Shown: positions 12,330 through 23,235 of the stretch, in pieces
How positions within the stretch are numbered: position 1 is the stretch's first letter
How the letters are laid out: every line of letters starts with the position of its first letter
Source of the DNA: Macrostomum lignano
Lineage: Eukaryota
Length of the DNA: 48,611 nt
Assembly (NCBI GenBank): GCA_002269645.1
Contig: NIVC01001844.1
Coordinates: forward strand, 1 to 48,611
Reading direction: 5' to 3'
Program-made: the position numbers and the translations under genes
The notes under the pieces: model-generated
The model's input: the letters and a program-made list of their open reading frames with translations, nothing else
What the model was told of the DNA's origin: nothing
Databases searched by the model: none

Positions 12330-13945
12330 GGGGGAGGGGGCGGATTTGGATTCGATGCGACTTTTGAGAGGGGCGGAATTGGATGCGATTTTTGAGAGGG
12401 GGCGGATTTAGATGCGATTTTTTAGAGGGGGCGGATTTAGATGCGATTTTTGGGAGGGGGCGGATTTAGATGCGATTTTTGGGAGGGGGCGGATTTGGAT
12501 GCGATTTTTGGGAGGGGACGGATTTAGATGCGATTTTTGGGAGGGGGCGGATTTGGATACGATTTTTGGGAGGGGGCGGATTTAGATGCGATTTTTGGGA
12601 GGGGGGCGGATTTGGATACGATTTTTGGGAGGGGGCGGATTTGGATACGATTTTTGGGAGGGGGCGGATTTGGATGCGATTTTTGGGAGGGGGCGGATTT
12701 GGATACGATTTTTGGGAGGGGGCGGATTTGGATACGATTTTTGGGAGGGGGCGGATTTGGATACGATTTTTGGGAGGGGGCGGATTTGGATACGATTTTT
12801 GGGAGGGGACGGATTTAGATGCGATTTTTGAGAGGGGGCGGATTTGGATACGATTTTTGGGAGGGGACGGATTTAGATGCGATTTTTTAGAGGGGGCGGA
12901 TTTGGATGCGATTTTTTAGGGGGGCGGATTTAGATGCGATTTTGAGAGGGGCGGAATTGGATGCGATTTTTGAGAGGGGGCGGATTTAGATGCGATTTTT
13001 GGGAGGGGGCGGATTTAGATGCGATTTTTGGGAGGGGGCGGATTTGGATACGATTTTTGGGAGGGGGCTGATTTGGATACGATTTTTGGGAGGGGACGGA
13101 TTTAGATGCGATTTTTTAGAGGGGGCGGATTTAGATGCGATTTTTGGGAGGGGGCGGATTTGGATGCGATTTTTGGGAGGGGGCGGATTTGGATGCGATT
13201 TTTGGGAGGGGGCGGATTTGGATGCGATTTTTGGGAGGGGGCGGATTTGGATGCGATTTTTAGGAGGGGCGGATTTAGATGCGATTTTTGGGAGGGGCGG
13301 ATTTGGATGCGATTTTTGGGAGGGGCGGATTTTGGTGAGACTTTATGGGAAGGGGCGGATTTAGATGAGATTTTTGGGAGGGGGCGGATTTAGATGGGAT
13401 TTAAGGAGGGGCGGATTTGGATGCGTCGCGATTTTTGGGAGGGGGCGGATTTGGATGCGATTTTTGAGAGGGGGCGGATTTGGATACGACTTTTGAGAGG
13501 GGGCGAATTTGGATGCGATTTTTGGGAGGGGCGGATTTTGGTGAGACTTTATGGGAAGGGGCGGATTTAGATGAGATTTAAGGAGGGGCGGATTTGGATG
13601 CGATTTTTTTAGAGGGGGCGGATTTAGATGCGATTTTTGGGAGGGGGCGGATTTAGATGCGATTTTTGAGAGGGGGCGGATTTAGATGCGATTTTTTAGA
13701 GGGGGCGGATTTAGATGCGATTTTTGAGAGGGGCGGATTTAGATGCGATTTTTGGGAGGGGTGGATTTGGATGCGAATTTTGGGAGGGGGCGGATTTGGA
13801 AGCGATTTTTGGGAGATGGCGGATTTGGATGCAATTTTTGGGAGGGGCGGATTTGGATGCAATTTTTGGGAGGGGCGGATTTGGATGCGATTTTTGGGAG
13901 GGGGCGGATTTAGATGCGATTTAGATGCGATTTTTTGGAGGGGCG
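12330..13945. repeat. G-rich ~29-bp minisatellite (GGGAGGGGGCGGATTTGGATGCGATTTTT)
   Basis: Direct reading. Shares GGGGCGGATTT with the 7312-7640 array. Confidence 0.96.
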
Positions 13946-14399
13946 GATTCGGAAGCGAATCTCTGAGTCGGATTATTAGATATGACCGCATTCTTAGGTT
14001 GCAATATTTAGCCATACCAGGATAATTGGTACCGCTAAATAAATACGACATCCAATGAAAGGTAGGCAGCTGCAGTGCCAGTAGATACAGACCTGTTTGG
14101 CTGTCCTATTCTAAGGGCAAATTACAGTAAAGAAAATGAATGGGAACAATATGGAGACATGTTTTGCATTTAAACTCGGAGGGCACATGTATAGAAGTGC
14201 TCAACTCTGCACTAAATGTACTGTACAATAATTATAATATATTTACACATTTCAACGTACAAAGCGAACACTAATTACGAGTCTATAAACTCGAAAGCAA
14301 AAACAGCAAAGTGACAAATGACAAGAGATGCAATTTTTTACAACTGTGGGGAAAATTTACTAAACCAAACTGAAACCCGTCTATGGGAAAAACCTACCC

Positions 14400-14960
14400 A
14401 ACCAGTCAATGGGAAAAATCTTCCTAATTAGTCAAAGGGCAAAAATATCCCCAATAAGTCAATGGAAAAATCTCTCCAACTAGTCAATAGCAAAAATCTC
14501 CCTAATTAGTCTATGGGAAAAATCTCCCCAACTAGTCAATAGCAAAAATCTCCCTAATTAGTCTATGGGAAAAATCTCCCCAACTAGTCAATAGCAAAAA
14601 TCTCCCTAATTAGTCTATGGGAAAAATCTCCCCAACTAGTCAATAGCAAAAATCTCCCTAATTAGTCTATGGGAAAAATCTCCCCAACTAGTCAATAGCA
14701 AAAATCTCCCTAATTAGTCTATGGGAAAAATCTCCCCAACTAGTCAATAGCAAAATCTCCCTAATTAGTCTATGGGAAAAATCTCCCCAACTAGTCAATA
14801 GCAAAAATCTCCCTAATTAGTCTATGGGAAAAATCTCCCCAACTAGTCAATAGCAAAAATCTCCCTAATTAGTCTATGGGAAAAATCTCCCCAACTAGTC
14901 AATAGCAAAAATCTCCCTAATTAGTCTATGGGAAAAATCTCTCCAACCAGTCAATGGAAA
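14400..14960. repeat. 52-bp minisatellite made of two related ~26-bp subunits
   Basis: Period 52 (AATCTCCCCA at 14521 and 14573). Degenerate monomers at the edges. Confidence 0.93.
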
Positions 14961-15019
14961 ATCTACTTGCCCTTAGCAATTTTCCCATCAAATACTCTTA
15001 TAAATACTCTTTGAATTCA

Positions 15020-15406
15020 TCAGTTGGCCGCCTTATCGCGAGCTGCCGTCCTGCCCAGCACTGATTTGCTCTGCATAGGCGGCTCCACCAGCAGCAGCTT
15101 CTCCGTCTGGCCAACCAGCCGACATGTTGGACCGGCGGCGCCTTCCCCGGCGTCCAACAGCTCAAAGTACATCACGGTGCCAGCGGCGTCTTTGTAGCGG
15201 CCGCGCAGATCCAGCCGGCCCTGTTGAAGCCGCGGCGCCGCCGAGTCGAGGCCGGAGACGCGGCAGCCGCCGCCGCCGGCCAGCAGCAGGCCGCCGTGCT
15301 CGACGTGCAGCAGCCGCTCGTCCACCGCCTCCCAGTTCGCGGCTTCGTCCGGCTGGTGCGTCTGCCCGGATTGCGACTGGAATGCCAGAAGTGCGATGTG
15401 CGCTTG
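15020..15406 (-). CDS. GTF3C6: General transcription factor IIIC subunit 6-like coding exon; no ATG upstream of the domain, in-frame acceptors at 15406 and 15376
   Basis: DERLLHVEHGG...CRVSGLDSAAPRLQQG...RGRYKDAAGTVMYFE...GQTEKLL resembles the TFIIIC_sub6 pattern of human EEQLVLVELSG...CKVLGIDTERPILQVD...GEYEDTLGTCVIFE...CHTMKKL (compared from memory). Ends TGA TGA. Confidence 0.75.
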   Translation of the reverse strand, partial: QAHIALLAFQSQSGQTHQPDEAANWEAVDERLLHVEHGGLLLAGGGGCRVSGLDSAAPRLQQGRLDLRGRYKDAAGTVMYFELLDAGEGAAGPTCRLVGQTEKLLLVEPPMQSKSVLGRTAARDKAAN

Positions 15407-15424
15407 CTGTAGAAACTAAGAGGA

Positions 15425-15490
15425 CTGGGGTGGTAGCGCGTATAGACCGTTGCGTCAGGGCTCTCAGGTTTGATTCCGCACCGTGGCCAC
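15425..15490 (+). mobile_element. tRNA-like SINE head (degenerate A box; B-box-like GGTTTGATTCC at 15467-15477)
   Basis: A/B-box spacing. Homologous to the inverted copy at 16570-16660. Confidence 0.55.
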
Positions 15491-15499
15491 AGTTGGTCA

Positions 15500-15628
15500 G
15501 TCAGCTAGTTTTTTAGTTAGTCAATTAGTCAGTTAGTTGGTTCGTTAGTTATTTAATTAACTAGCGTTAGTTAGTTAGTCAGTTGGTTAGTTAGTTAGTT
15601 AGTTAGTCAGTTAGTTAGTTAGTTAGTC

Positions 15629-15671
<43 letters not shown>

Positions 15672-15780
15672 CAGTCAGTTAGTTAGTTAGTCAGTCAGTT
15701 AGTTAGTTAGTTAGTTAGTCAGTTAGTTAGTCAGTTAGTTAGTTAGTTAGTCAGTTAGTTATTCAGTTAGTTAGTTAGTC

Positions 15781-15811
<31 letters not shown>

Positions 15812-15812
15812 C

Positions 15813-15853
<41 letters not shown>

Positions 15854-15996
15854 TCCAGTTAGTTAGTCAGTTAGTTAGTTAGTTAGTTAGTTATTTAGTT
15901 ATTTAGTTAATTAGTTAGTCAGTCAGTTAGTTAGTTAGTCAGTCAGTTAGTTAGTTAGTTAGTCAATTAGTTAGTTAGTTAGTTAGTTAGTCAGTC

Positions 15997-16029
<33 letters not shown>

Positions 16030-16092
16030 TTTAGTTAATTAGTTAGTCAGTCAGTTAGTTAGTTAGTTATTTAGTTAATTAGTTAGTCAGTC

Positions 16093-16127
<35 letters not shown>

Positions 16128-16128
16128 C

Positions 16129-16159
<31 letters not shown>

Positions 16160-16348
16160 CAGTTAGTTAATTAGTTAGTCAGTCAGTTAGTTAGTTAGTT
16201 AGTCAGTTAGTTAGTCAGTCAGTTAGTTATTCAGTTAGTTAGTTAGTCAGTTAGTTAGTTAGTCAGTCAGTTAGTTAGTTAGTTATTTAGTTAATTAGTT
16301 AGTCAGTCAGTTAGTTAGTTAGTTATTTAGTTAATTAGTTAGTCAGTC

Positions 16349-16379
<31 letters not shown>

Positions 16380-16558
16380 CAGTTAGTTAATTAGTTAGTC
16401 AGTCAGTTAGTTAGTTAGTTAGTCAGTTAGTTAGTTATTCAGTTAGTTATTCAGTTAGTTAGTTAGTCAGTTAGTTAGTCAGTCAGTTAGTTATTCAGTT
16501 AGTTAGTTAGTCAGTTAGTTAGTTAGTCAGTTAGTTAGTTAGTCAGTCAGTTAATCAG
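15500..16558. repeat. (GTTA)n/(GTCA)n microsatellite, ~1.05 kb
   Basis: Direct reading. Confidence 0.98.
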
Positions 16559-16569
16559 TTGCAGTCGGG

Positions 16570-16660
16570 CCCGTTCCGCTGACCCTGAGCACGCGGCAGG
16601 AATCGAACCCGAGAGAACCCTAATGCAAGAATCGGACGCGTTCAAAACCGCAAAGAATCA
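16570..16660 (-). mobile_element. tRNA-like SINE head with perfect B box GGTTCGATTCC (16609-16599)
   Basis: B box followed by GCGTGCTCAGGGTCAGC, a motif also seen near 25093 beside another SINE. Confidence 0.6.
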
Positions 16661-17399
16661 GCTTAGAAAGCCTAGAAAAGTTAAAAAAACATCTCTTAGA
16701 AGCCCTAGCCAACTTTTTTGCGCGAAAAATCGCCCTGTTTTAAAGTTACATTTTTTTGCACAAGAAAAAAAAACAAGAAAATTCCGCTTACGCAAGCGAA
16801 TGTTATTAAGCAAAAAGCATTTGTCAGCCCACATAAACAGACCCGAGCTAGGCTAGGTTGCACGCTCGCTCGGTGCTTCATCGGTCAAAGTAATCTAATT
16901 ATAGCTCCCAGCCGCCGCGGCTGCCCTTCCTCATCCAAGAAGAAGCGCGGCAGGAAATGAACTGAACAACCAACAAGAGTGAAATGGAAAACACACAAAA
17001 GCAACACTTGCCAGAGGATATTAACTAATAAATCATTTTCGACAAACCCGCTAGACGGACACAGGTGATTTCCAATATCCTACTTTATACTCCTTTTTAC
17101 TACGAGCTGGTAAGAGCAGATTTTTTATCAAAATCGTTTATTTATTTGAAACAAGTTGACCGAATATTTACTAGGCTCTTAGGCCAGCTTGTATAACTAC
17201 GCGATAGCAAGCAATATAAGGCAAAAAGCAACATGGCAATCGAATAAAAATCCTAAAGCGATTCTACAATACTACTACAAGTAGAAAAGTAAGCAAAATA
17301 GACGAAAATGTGTTGTTTAATATGAAAAACAAGGTTCAGAGTCAAACAATTTTATTTATTCAATTTACAAATGCTCGTTACAAATGGCAATGCTCGAGG

Positions 17400-17535
17400 A
17401 GAGATGATGATGGAGGGCGATTCTTGGTGATGATGGAGGGCGATTCTTGATGATGAAAGGTGATTCTTGGTGATGATGGAGGGCGATTCTTGGTGATGAT
17501 GGAGGGCGATTATTGGTGATGATGGAGGGCGATTC
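17400..17535. repeat. 23-bp minisatellite (GATGATGGAGGGCGATTCTTGGT), ~5 copies
   Basis: Period 23 (17405, 17428). Confidence 0.88.
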
Positions 17536-17804
17536 TTAAGGGCGATGAAAGGCAATTTTTTTATGATTATAAAGCTGTTTCTAAGGGCGATGAAAAGCGA
17601 TTATTGATTTATGAAGCTCAAATGTGATTCTGGAATAATGCGGGGGAGCGATTTCTAAGGTTAAAAAGGCCGATGAAGCTCAGCGCTATTAGCGCATCAA
17701 ACTCGAACTCGGAAATGGCAAAAGTACATCAAACAAGCAAGTTGCTGTCACTAAATAAGCAGTCAAATTCCGCTATCTCAAGTTCGGCAACGGCTGCTCA
17801 AATA

Positions 17805-18200
17805 CTACTTGATCTTAGGCGCGTAGCCGGATTTGTAGCTCTTCATATAAGCCGGCAGGGCGTCGTCCATGCCGCGGGCTGTCCGACGCTTCGGCTGGCC
17901 GGGCGTTGCTAAGCAACCAGGCGGCAAATTTGGCATGCGCGGATACGGGATATTGTAGTGCAGAGCCAAATTAATGCGCGACTCCGCCTCCGCAATGTGA
18001 GACTCGATGACGGCCGGGTCTGACAGGGACTTGTGCTGGCGGAACAGGGTGCCAGCCTCTGTCCGGATGTAGGCCGCCTCCGTGGCCGGGTCTGCCACAC
18101 CTGGCCGGCCAGGCCACTGCCTGGCCAAACGAAGGATCTGACGGTACAGGCTGAGCACTCGCTGGCGCTGGCTGCTCAGCGAAGCCGCTGATACTGACAT
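17805..18200 (-). CDS. LYRM1: LYR motif-containing protein 1 (131 aa, intronless CDS)
   Basis: VLSLYRQILRLARQW...YIRTEAGTLFRQHKSL...RINLALHYNIPYPR matches human LYRM1 VLGLYRSIFRLARKW...YILNEARTLFRKNKNL...RIEIGLHYKIPYPR. Confidence 0.93.
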   Translation of the reverse strand: MSVSAASLSSQRQRVLSLYRQILRLARQWPGRPGVADPATEAAYIRTEAGTLFRQHKSLSDPAVIESHIAEAESRINLALHYNIPYPRMPNLPPGCLATPGQPKRRTARGMDDALPAYMKSYKSGYAPKIK

Positions 18201-18221
18201 CTTTTTAGTGTTTTACAGCTT

Positions 18222-18237
18222 TAACTAACTGAAATAG
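18222..18237 (-). promoter_or_regulatory. Splice or trans-splice acceptor TATTTCAG|TTAG, 28 nt upstream of the LYRM1 ATG
   Basis: AG at 18230-18229; same octamer as before ASNSD1. Confidence 0.45.
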
Positions 18238-18469
18238 TACAATACCATATGCTTGTTGGATAGCCAGTTTCCATAGCAACTAATATTTGTTAGCTCAGAT
18301 TGACAACAAAATTCACTGCAGACACACAGTTGTAACTGTTTTACTCAAACAAATTTAAAACATTGTTTCTAATTAGTGAGCCAACAAAAAAAATTATGAT
18401 ATTTTTTCAAGTATTTATAAACAAGATATTCGAAATTGGTTTTTTTAAAGACTTCTCATCTGGACTGCA

Positions 18470-18925
18470 TATTCACCTGGCTATTCCATTCACCTACTGC
18501 CTGTTGACCCATTCACATAGAGTGCCTGTTCACCCCATTCACCTAGAGTACCTGTTCATCCCAGTCACATAGAGTGCCTGCTCACCCCATTCACATAGAG
18601 TGCCTGCTCACCCCATTCACATAGAGTGCCTGCTCACCCCATTCACATAGAGTGCCTGCTCACCCCATTCACATAGAGTGCCTGCTCACCCCATTCACAT
18701 AGAGTGCATGTTCACCCCATTCACCTAGAGTACCTGTTCACCCCATTCACCTAGAGTGCCTGTTCACCCCATTCACATGGAGTGCCTGTTCACCCCATTC
18801 ACCTAGAGTACCTGTTCACCTCATTCACCTAGAGTACCTATTCACCCATTTATCTGGAGTGCCTATTCACCCTATTCATTTTGAGTGCCTATTCACTTAT
18901 TCACTTAGTGTCTGCTTACCTATTC
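18470..18925. repeat. 26-bp minisatellite (CCCATTCACATAGAGTGCCTGCTCAC)
   Basis: Period 26 (18601, 18627). Confidence 0.93.
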
Positions 18926-21900
18926 ACTTGTTATAGGCATTTTGTTTTATCCTAGAATATCTTATTGTTTCTATCAAGTTATAGTAGTGCTGCTTATTGC
19001 AATCCCACTGCTGCCACCACCAAAGGGGTTGTTGATTCTATCATCTAAAATTAACCTACTGATACCACCAATGTATAATAGATGCTCTTAATTTTAAAAA
19101 GCTATTATTATACTTTAGTTAGTTGTTCTAATTCTCATTATTAATATAGGCCTATTTTTAATGGTATTTCTGATAATATATTATAGCAGTTTTAATAGCA
19201 TTTCTTAGTATATTTCTGGCCTGAATGGTTTTATTAATATTAAATATTATGTATTATTTTTAGTCTTAGGTATTATTTGAATTAGAGAGTTTATAGCTTT
19301 CTTCTTAGAATATAATTTCTTAGTAATATTTCCTAACTCCTTTTCTTAATAAGATTAGAATTTTTCTAAACAAAGCATATTGAAAGAATAAGTGTTTATG
19401 CAAGAAAGTGGAACTTGAAGGCTTGGCATTTAGTACATTTATTAGGGCAAGAATTTATTTATATATGGGGTTTTGGTAGACATAATTAAAAAAATTATTA
19501 ATAGCCCCCCCCCTAATATTTTGCAAACAATTCTAATGCTTTTATATTTTATACAATTTTGACTTATGCAATCCAAAATACCTATATTTGTATATAAGCG
19601 TAGCACAAATAATACTATAGCAATAATAATACATAACAATAATGTCATAACATAATTAATTAGGAGCCTAAGCTTTTATAGACTTGGATATAAGAATAGA
19701 ATTTAAAAAATATTACTTCTATTAATATTAGTATTACATTTATTTTGTTTGTAGAATGTAGATATACCTAATTCAAAAAAATAGAAACTAATATTCAGTT
19801 TAGTTTGCAAACAAACAAGTAAAAATCATTAGGCCCCCCTACTAACTATATTTTTAAACAGATTTTAAATTCTTTTCTATACTTCATAATATAGACTTAA
19901 TATTAGATCATGTCATTATTTATATAAAAAAAGCATATATACTAATAAATATGCAAGGATGACTCAAGTCGCCCTTGACCATAAGCTGTCTAAAATTTAT
20001 GATCAGTAATTCTTATTAGGATGCATAAGTCCTACAATAAGTTGTTATAACTCTTGCTTTTAACTTACATCATATTTATAATATAAGTCCTAATATGAAT
20101 TCTAACTAAAATTAAAACACATTTGGTATAAATATATAAATGCCCATATTCTAGAAGACATATTTATGTCAAAATTTTCTACTACCAATAATAGGCAATA
20201 CTACCAACAAAAGGAAATGACCTGTTTGCTAATTCTGTCCATAAGCATATTTGTTCACACTCACTCACACTCACAGAGGCTCTTCATATTGCTTGCTCTG
20301 AGTTCTAGAACCAGAACCAATTTGTAAAGTATAACTTTTTGTCTTCTAAACTAGAAGGATTAGGATATTAGTGCTTTAAAATTGTGATTATTAAATGGCA
20401 ATAGCCAAGAAGAAAGTGAAAAATTGTGCAAAGTGAGGCTGTTAAGGCAGTCAAACATTCAACAAAGTTAAATAGTTATACTGCTTTTTCATGAAAATCC
20501 GAACGATTCTGGACCTGGTTTGAGAATCGATTTCCGTGAAGAGGCTCACGATCATCCAGGGTGTAATAAGGTATAGACGCAACGCAATTAACGGATTGGT
20601 TTCTTTGAGAATAATGATTTCTAATTTATAAACTCGCAGCATAACTAAAACATGCTAATTCTAACCATTTTAACTCTTTTAAAGTGCTCTAATGCAACAT
20701 TATTAATTCTAGGTTTCTAATTGGATTTTCAGAAAGGAAATTGGCCAAAATTTTGGTTTCAGAGTTCACTAGGCACATTTCGTGTTTGTCAAAGGACTAA
20801 GAACAAGAAGAGGCTAAATAGCCTTCAGCTTATAATTCAGCTTATGAGGCCCTGTTTATTATCTTCATTATTTTCGTTATTAGTTAATATTAGCTTAGCT
20901 ACAGACAACTCATTTTAGTATATGAGATTAAAAACAATTATTTAAAAAATTCTAAATATTCCTAATGCTTAAATTTAAGAGTGCTGCTACTACATTCACT
21001 GATTCACTTGACAATCTTTAACCATAGGGGCCTAGGCCTATTAATAGGCTTATAGATTGTGTTTAGACCTAACTTTAAGTTATGGCAGTCTGTGTTCATT
21101 ATTTATTAGGGCCTCACTATGTATGTTTCTGTTATGTTAACATTGTCATTATTTTGACTTTTGACAGTTTTGTATTAATATTTTGTTTAAGCCTTAGGCC
21201 TAGGGGCCTACATATAAATTAGGGCCTAGTATTCAGTTTTCAAACAAGTATGTCAACAGTTAAGTAAAAATGCTAACTAGGCCTATGATGGTCATTCAAG
21301 ATTAGGCCTAGCCTTGATCTTGAGCTTGTTTTTGATTGAATCAAAAACAAAAGCATCCTGATATACTATTAGGGCCTAGTGATCTTAGGCCTACTAATAA
21401 TCACTTCATTCTATGATTCTATGATGCTTAAAAAATGTGCTTTAACTTAAAAAGTAACAATGACATGATCTAGGAGGGAACCAGAACCAGTTAATTTGGC
21501 GACAGGTTGATTCGGCGACAAGTCAATTTGGCAACATGAGGGGGGAGCAATCTATTGTCATTTTGTCATCCATTGCATTGAGTTTGAGTTTGCATGTTTA
21601 CTCAGATGGATTTCAAAATCAACATCGTATTGACAATATTGTATATACATTGCACATTGCACATGCACAATGAACTGCGTTCCACTCAAAAGCTCATTCA
21701 CAACCACTATCAAATAAGCTATCAAATCGCATGACTGCTATATAAAGTATAATGAATAAAGGGAACACAAAGTTAAGTTAGCTTTTAAAATATACAAAGC
21801 AAAGATCAAAAGTAAAAAAAAATGAGCTACAACATATTTTGAGTATGCAGTCTTTGCCCGTCTTAGCATGTACATCATTTGGATTCAATCAATTGATTTT

Positions 21901-21994
21901 TTGTCTATGTGGTGATGTATATTAGCTCAATGCGCGACAACTCAGAATGGTAGAGTAGAAATTGAATTTGCAATAATTGTGACAAATAGACAGT

Positions 21995-22117
21995 ATGGAC
22001 CACTGCATTGTTTGCAAGAAGACTATTACCAATTACACTGCCGCCATTGACTGTGATGTATGTCACAAGTGGCAACATATAGAATGTAATTCCAGTATTT
22101 GTACATATTGTGGCTAA
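21995..22117 (+). pseudogene. PHD-finger N-terminal fragment of the MULE ORF (MDHCIVCKKTITNYTAAIDCDVCHKWQHIEC)
   Basis: C-x2-C ... C-x2-C-x2-W-x-H-x2-C spacing is the first three ligand pairs of a PHD finger. Confidence 0.75.
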
Positions 22118-22199
22118 GGATGTTCAGGTACGACTAAAAGACAGATTTTTAAAAAGTATATTATTTCTGAACGAAGTTATTACTTTTCTTTCTAAAGCA

Positions 22200-23235
22200 A
22201 CCAGGCAGATGACACTTGCTATTTGCAACTAAGCTGATGCTTACTCTGCTCTGTCAAGCTAATACATGGTACATGGATGGTACTTTCTATGTAGTAAATG
22301 CACCATTTACGCAGTTATACAGTATCCACGTCTTCATAAGTGGTCCAAATGACAATAAAAAGCAGGTCCCAGTCCTATTCGCACTGATGTCTAGGCAGCA
22401 GCGTGAAGACTACTGCTTGTTGCTTGCTGCTGTCTGCAGTCTTGTGCCACATGCACAACCTACAGCTGTTGTCATGGATTTTGAGGCTGCAGCTTGGTAA
22501 GCTGTCAAACAGCAGTTTCCAGATGCTCAACTTAGAGGCTGTGTTTTTCACTAAATGCAGGTGTGTAAGAGGATGAAATTGAACTTTGAATGGGACCCTT
22601 AACATATACTGTTAAACAGATTACTGTTACAGACCCTACTGTACTATAAGTTTTGCTTGCTTAAATTTACTTGTGTCATCAAACACATGCATTTTACAGG
22701 CCATCTATTGCCATATTCAAAGCTCTGGACTGCAAAATTTGTACATATCTGACTTTGAAGTACAATCTGTGTGCCAAAAGATAATGTTGCTGCCATTTCT
22801 TCCACATAAAGAAATTAGTGAGCAGTTTTTTTGGCTATGAACTGTAGTTCAGCTGGAGCCTCTACAACTTTTGTGCGACTATGTGCAGGCTAAATGGCTA
22901 CAAAGCACAATCTGGAGCATCCGGGAACTCAGTGTTTTCAAGAAAGACATGTATGTGCAAACAGTGACACCAAAGGGTGGCACAAGAAGCTAAATGCCAG
23001 AGCACAGCGCGGTTGACTTCAATTTTACCTGCTGGTGCAGCTGTTGCACGAAGAGGCCCAGATAGTCTCAATCGAATTGCGGCTTGTCGCTCAAGGCGCT
23101 CAGCGAAGGCGACAAAGACCAAATTATTGTCAAATGGAACAACAGTACCAGTGCTTCTGGGTGAAATACATGTCAGGAGCGTGGACCACCGAAGGCTTGC
23201 TAGATGCATGCAGCTTGCTGAATGGCCCAAAATGA
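22200..23235 (+). pseudogene. MULE DDE transposase pseudogene with an intron at 22561-22699
   Basis: WYMDGTF...QLYSIH...VPVLFALM...MDFEAAAW*AVKQQFPDAQLRGCVFH*MQ|AIYCHIQ...LPFLP...NSDTKGWHKKLN. In-frame stops, frameshifts, and the catalytic Glu of the NNxxEGW motif replaced by Lys. Confidence 0.9.

Noticed and set aside
11900-14100. Small exon-like pieces (11960-11990, 12088-12250, 14010-14092) suggesting a fourth gene between GTF3C6 and ASNSD1
   Set aside because: I could not join them into a consistent frame or recognise a protein family.
16880-16960. GC-rich plus-strand patch ending ...SSSKKKRGRK* (NLS-like terminal exon)
   Set aside because: No upstream exons are identifiable and several frames are equally plausible.
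18960-19650. Ghost ORF on the minus strand whose stops could be reverted by undoing C-to-T changes, plus hydrophobic ORF 19442-19648
   Set aside because: About 9 stops in ~90 codons matches the expectation for AT-rich random DNA, and no family motif is recognisable.
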